Below are positions 57,315 to 64,000 of a stretch of DNA of 64,000 nucleotides, piece by piece. The translations under genes and the position numbers were made by a program. Below the pieces are notes generated by a model, which did not search any database, was not told where the DNA came from, and saw nothing but the letters and a program-made list of their open reading frames with translations. Every line of letters begins with the position of its first letter. The stretch's first letter is position 1. Source of the stretch: the human T2T-CHM13v2.0 reference genome, Homo sapiens; assembly GCF_009914755.1 (NCBI RefSeq), contig NC_060933.1; one strand, 5' to 3'.

Positions 57315-58128
57315 GGGTTTCCAGTGGAAAAGACATCTTGTTTCCTAAACAACAATTGGCCACACACTGGAGACATATAACCTGCCTATGAACTGGAGAA
57401 TCCTATTGAAATCTTAGAGGAAGTTTGAGATTTTCCTCAGATAGGTGTTTACTATTCAAGTTGGCACGAATAGGTTTTGTTAAAACCCATTTTCTTTCTA
57501 TTCTGCCTCTATCTGGTACAAGATAGAACTAAAGAGGATATAAAGCAGCAAGGTACAATTTGAAATCAAATGGCAACAATGGAAGATAATGGTCTTGGTT
57601 CAACCCAATGCCCACCTGAAATCACTTTTATTAAGGACGACCAACTGGAACAAAATTGTATATTAGTCTTCTCATGATAATTTCAAGTGTGTTTTGATTT
57701 GAGAATTTCTTTATGAAAGTCTTCAAAAATCCCACCTCTTAATCCATGGAATTTTCCCTGGAGTCTGAAAATTCCCCAAATCTTTGGAGACTTGATGGTT
57801 ATTCACTGGTCAAGGGCTCTATAAAAGTGTTCTGGGGAGGTTGACTCAGTGGTCAACAGAGGCCCTTCCAAATCTTCAGTCTGATTCTGGGATCCCCAAG
57901 GAGACCTGGAGCCTTTCTCAACATCTTTTGATTGGAAAGAGCATGTGCTTCATCCTCTGTTGCAACAGAAATAGCCATTGTGAAACTCTTTGGTGAGGTG
58001 CAATGAGTTTATTCAACCACGTGTGGGCTGGATAGGCTCAGATTTACAGGTATGTTTGAGCTCTGTTTCATACTCAAATGTACACATCCAACAGATGACT
58101 GGATGAATTGTACTCTTCATCTTCCTAG

Positions 58129-58266
58129 TATTCTGGGAAGCATCAAGTGCAGTGTCATCTTATCGAGGAGGCTCTGCAGATGCTAAGTGGTGGGGATGAG
58201 GATCACGATGAAGACAAATGGCCCCATGACATGAGGAATCATCTGGCTGGAGAGGCCCAGGTGTAG
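58129..58266 (+). other. CTSL3P: Candidate terminal coding exon of the CTSL3P chimeric ORF (YSGKHQVQCH...HLAGEAQV*)
   Basis: ctcttcatcttccTAG acceptor; in frame with LTR exon 52517-52610; TAG at 58264-58266. Confidence 0.6.
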
Positions 58267-60221
58267 CAGTTATGGGATGTTACTTCACCAAACAGGTGAT
58301 GTTTCACACCTCAGAGCAACACAGAACGTTTTGACTGTCAGTGCCTAGTCACTATTTACAATCAGAGCCAAAAAGGCTTCTCTGAAGAGGAAGAAACTTT
58401 TGGAAAACATTGCCCCTGTAGGCAGACACTTCATGTAAGAGACACAGCTGCTTGCCTTGGTTGAGGCTGCTACCAAAACTGCTACCACAACTCCCACCCA
58501 GTTGGTAATCAAAGCAACAGAGAGATGGAGCCAGAGCCTGAATCAGATCATAAAACAACCAAACTCATTCACAAGAGTCTTAGCTCTTCAATGGTATTGT
58601 TCCCACCTCCTGCGGAAAGGTCTGGACATTTTAACATAAATTGGCTGTGGAGTTAACAAGAATGCAGGTTAGCTTTTCCTTGATTAATAAGACATTGCTG
58701 ACATTTGACTACTTTTGACCTTCGAAATAGCCATTTCAAGTCATTCAATGTAATACTAGGTTTAAGTTTCATTTTACTCCAAATGTATCTATATGCACAT
58801 AGATAAATACTAAAATAAAGATAAACAAATTCCTAATATTTGCTTCCTGGAAAACTCATCATTACTCTTTTATTACCTTCCATTTTCAGTCTAGGTGAGG
58901 AGAAAATAAGCACTTTATGAGCTTTCTAAAAATTAAGATTCATTTTGAAAGTTTAAAATTAACATAACAAGAAACAAGAAAAAAATTAGTTAAAAATTAG
59001 AATTTTGTACATAAGGGATTTTTTTTCTATAGAAGCCAAAATCTGACATTTACATATATTTCTCTGGACAACCAGACTCTACTGTTTCAGATCGGCGTGT
59101 AGCTGGTGGCCAACTCTGCTCCATGGATAGGTGTACCGTTGTGACCACTTTTTGGAATGTGATTTTTTTTTTTTCGGTAAGGAGTGTACCTTTCAGTTAG
59201 CAAGGGTACACTCACTGCCTCTCCAGACTCCCGTCAGCATTCATGGGCACTTTCTTGCAGGCCCCTCCGCCCCAGCATTTCCATTTTCCACCTCTGTCCT
59301 AGATGACACTGATGTCTCATGGCTCCTCCTGTGATGTGATGAAATCTTCTGAGTCAAGGACTGAGGAGGGGAAGCCACGCCCCCTCCATGGAGTCCAGCT
59401 ATGGCCCCTCTTTGTTCTCAGATGTGAGCATCAAAAGAGGCACACCAGGAGCAGAAGCTGAGCCCTCTTAGGGCCCATGAGATGCAAGGCAAATCAAGAT
59501 CTCTTTCTATCTCAAATCATTGACTTTTTCAAAAGTGTAGAAGTTGCTGATATTTAGAGTTGGTGAGAGTGTGCAGGAATGAGTCCTCTTGTTTACTGTT
59601 ATAAAGGGATGTGATATTCTTGTCTTTGGACTTGGAATTGTTCATTATTTTTAAGGGAAACATTCCCAGCCCCAGCAAATCCATTTTCATCTCATAAAAA
59701 TAGTCATAGAAGTATAAATATTAAATGTCACATATTCACAGATTTTTAAATAAATCCAGGTGTTTATCAATAGGGAAAATTTAATTATGATTCCATCGGT
59801 ATAAACCTGGAAATGTATCCTTCATATGCCACTGAGAGCAAAAAGCAAATTCCAGAACAATGTACATAGTATGATCCCATTAAAAGTCAAAATAGAATAA
59901 AATAACTATGTCTATGTATTTTAATAGGTGAACATAGGTTTATATACAGAGAAAGCCTAGAGGCATATGTATTAAAATAGTAACCATTATCTTTGCAATG
60001 GGAAGGAATGGGAACAGTGTTGGAAACACTGATTTTTACTTTATGTTTTATTTTGTGAATCAGTTTTTTTATTTTGGCAAAAATTTTTTATAATAGAAAA
60101 TAAAGTCACATAATTTAAATCCCTATCTCCAAAATACAAGAAGGTGGACAGTAAAAACTTTTTATGCACTTCAGTCCCCAGCCCACCCGTACAACATGTA
60201 TTGTTAGTTTCTTTTTATTAT

Positions 60222-60493
<272 letters not shown>

Positions 60494-61221
60494 TCTATTG
60501 TTAGCTTCCTGGTGTCCTTCTAGAATTTATTTATGCACCTGAGAACAAACACATATATGCCTTCGTATTCTCTCTTTTTCTTTTCCACAAAAAGTAAAAC
60601 ATTATTTGCTGGTTGACATTTTATTTTTTCCTTCATATTTGTTACTTTTTTATTGTTTGGAAAAATTTTTTTTACAATGCTCTATATTTCTTTAAAATTA
60701 AAATAAATGAGAAGTGTTGGACCTTAGGTGGGAAAGAGTTGCAACTGTATAGGGAGAGGCTACTCCACTTTCACAAAGATGATGGGGCCACATCAAGCAG
60801 TTGGGAAGCTAAGCAATGTTTCAAAAGTTGAAACAAAAATAGTTATTCAAGCTGAGAACGGCATATCAGTGGATAATGAATTTGCCCTCTGTGTATTGAT
60901 TTTGCTTTACTTAGAAACATCATTCCCCACCTCTAGGCAGCGGGTCTTGCCTCCTCTTCCTGAAACACCTCTGTCAAAGCCCTCCTGTGCTCCCTCTTCA
61001 CATCTGCCCTTAATCATTGCAGGCACCCAGAGCACAGGGACAGGGCCGGGGAGGATGTGGCAGAGGCAGCACTGGGAGAGACCAGCCATTCCATGGTTTC
61101 CAGCTTTGGGGTCTTGGGCAGGTTGCACACCTCCCCTTAGCCTGTTTCATTACTCAGGAAATGGGCATAACAATTCTACTTTCCTCACAGGATCGTTGTG
61201 AAGATTAAATGAGATATGTAA

Positions 61222-61535
<314 letters not shown>

Positions 61536-63819
61536 AGTAGGGCTAATCTTATACCCCTTTATTATGGGGTCAAAGATAGAATCTTTCCAGAGGTGTTGGT
61601 TATTTAAGAAAATATTTATTCAAGGATTTGATGCACAGGTAATCTCACTTATTTCTTTCTTCCCATGAGCCAGGTTAACAAATTGGTGAAATTAATTATA
61701 ATGTTATTGTGGTGGGTAAGCATATATGTTAAAAGCGAAGATACAGTTCCTTATATTATTGAATTATGCTCCCAAACTTATCAAATTAGGTATACATGTC
61801 TTGAGACTGTTTCAATAGGACCTAAAATATAACCCATTGTATTTTGTGTTTGACCTATAATAATAGGGATATAGGGAATGCAAATTACTACACATATAAT
61901 GGAAAAATAGTGTGGAGATTCCTCAAAAAATAGAACTACTGAATAATGCAGAGGTCCCAGAATGGGTTCTATCTCCAAAGGAATGAAAACCAGTACATGG
62001 AAGAGCTATCTTCACTCCCAGGTTCACTGCAGCCCTCTTCACAATAGCCAGGATAGAGAGTCAACTTTAGTGTTCATGAACAGATGAACGGATGAAGAAA
62101 AGGTGACGTATATACACCATGGAATACTATTAAGACTTAAAAAAGAAGAAAATCCTGTCATTTGCGTGAAATGGATGGACCTGGAGGAGATTGTGTTAAG
62201 TGAAACATGTCAGGCACAGAGAGACAAATAGTGCATGATCGACCTTATATGTGAAATCTAAAAAAGCTGAACTCATAGAAGTAGAGAGTAGGATGGTGTT
62301 TGCATGGGACTTGTGAGTGGGTCGTTAAGAAGGTATTGGTCAAAAGATGTGAAATTTAAGATAGACAGGAGGAATTTAAAAAACAGATAAGAGAGGCCAC
62401 ACAGTCATCATTCAGTAAAGAATGTTGAGGTCATTTTGTAAAAAGGTCACACCTCATTGGAGGTATTGATAGGACTCTCTCTGGCAGAAGCAGTCCTCCA
62501 CAGGAACAATAACATGGTATTTGTAAGGTTTGACCTTCTCACGCCAGTGGTGCTTTGGGAGCTGCAGCACCTGCTCAGGATCCTGGGTGGTGGCTGGAAA
62601 TGATATCCTAAAGAAATGATTTCCTCAAAGGGAAATGAGCTCCTGTTTTCCAGAGTGAAAGTTCCTCCCTGGACACTGGGATCTGCAGCAGCTTTGAGTG
62701 ACTAAATGTCTTTCTAGAAGCCTTTGACTCACTGGGTACCGTGGAGTAGGGAGTGCCTGCAGGATGTAGGGCCTCTCCAACATCATCCCAGAATCAGCCT
62801 GTGTTTCCTGGGCTTATTCCCAAGTAGGTGAGGGAGGCCAGGTGGGGATGGGTGCAGGTTCTCAGGGCTTCCTTCCAGTGTGAGAATCAGGGCACAACTT
62901 CTTGACCTCTCTAAGCTCCAGTTTTCTTATTCTGTGAAGAGGAATGAGAAGAAACTGGTTGGCTTATAAAACCTGCTGATGCTACACTCACAGGGTCTCA
63001 GCAAATAGACAAAGATGTAAAGATGTGTGGTGCCTGATGCTCCCTTGAGGTGGATGAAGAGCAGGGAACCACACGGTGCTGATGTCTGCCTATAACTGAG
63101 CCATGCTTCCCTCATGGATGCAAATCTCTGCAGGGCTGGGAGGACAAACAACATTCTCTTATGAGTGTTATTTTTAAGGCCCAAAGAGAAGGCTGATTCA
63201 GCCTCAAGAGTAAGGTTGGCTACCCTCCTCCATCTGACAGGATACAAGTTGAGGGCAGTTGAAATGATTCTGAATAACAGTGGGGTGAGTCTCCTTCACT
63301 ATTTGCTTCCCTCCTCTGAAAAATTTCTTCCTAACATGCTCAGTACTCACTTCCTGACGACTGGTACCTACATTTGCCTTGGTCCTAGCTTTTCAGATTG
63401 CAGAATCCAGATATGTTCTTTGGAACAGTTCATATCTTCTACAGGTCTGAGGCTTCACTGAGTCCTAGACAATTTCCTTAAAGGAAATTGTGAGAAAAAC
63501 TATTGAGATGGCTCTTCCTTCCCAAACATAAAGACAGAGAGAGAGAGAGAGAGAGAAAGTTGCTGCTTTGCTCAACAGCATCTGCTTGGTGAAGAGCCTC
63601 AAGATCTGACTCGGGCCTCCCAGCTCTTAGGAACCCATTCTCCACTGGCAGGGGTGGCGTGTTTACCCTGTTTTTCATGGAGGAATTGGACCACAAACAT
63701 TTGGGGATGTTAGGTTGAGAGCTGGAAAACCCCAAGCCTCTGGCTCAAAAACCCAGAGCTTGCTAGGAGCACTTGCAGGATACGCCCGTGTCCTGTCACC
63801 TGCCTAAAGAAGCCTTTCG

Positions 63820-64000
63820 GGCCGGGCACAGTGGCTCACGCCTGTAATCTCAGCACTTTGGAAGGCTGAGGTAGGTGGATCACCTGAGGTCAGGAGTTCG
63901 AGACCAGCCTGGCCAACCTGGTGAAACCCCATCTCTACTAAAAATACAAAAATTAGCTGGTACGGTGGTGGGCACCTGTAATACCAGCTGCTCGGGAGGC
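63820..64000 (+). mobile_element. AluSx-type SINE, cut by window end
   Basis: ggccgggcacagtggctcacgcctgtaatc... Confidence 0.9.

Overview
Human-type (primate) genomic DNA, recognisable as the cathepsin L locus. It is mostly interspersed repeats (Alu, L1, ERV1/ERVK/MaLR/ERVL LTRs, DNA transposons, one SVA). From left to right the window holds: (i) the last coding exons and 3' UTR of CTSL on + (1-~3080); (ii) a processed EIF3J pseudogene interrupted by an LTR8 (~12850-15200); (iii) an old inverted duplication with arms at ~28305-37465 and ~55550-63270, with an SVA inserted only in the left arm and a HERV-K LTR5B-like solo LTR only in the right arm; (iv) between the arms, the unprocessed paralogue CTSL3P (+). 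CTSL3P keeps an uninterrupted signal peptide plus propeptide frame across three exons with canonical splice sites. Its catalytic half is dead: the exon-5 acceptor is lost, the catalytic Cys is Ser in a testin-like CASS motif, there is a stop and a frameshift, and exons 7-8 are missing. The frame can continue through a cryptic acceptor, a MaLR-LTR exon and an exon in the right duplication arm to give a 268-aa chimeric ORF. The best candidate for an under-appreciated system is a CTLA-2-like propeptide-only cathepsin-L inhibitor next to its target gene; this is inference and there is contrary evidence. Nearly all other ORFs in the supplied track are repeat-derived noise. Repeat subfamily names come from recalled consensus motifs and need RepeatMasker confirmation.
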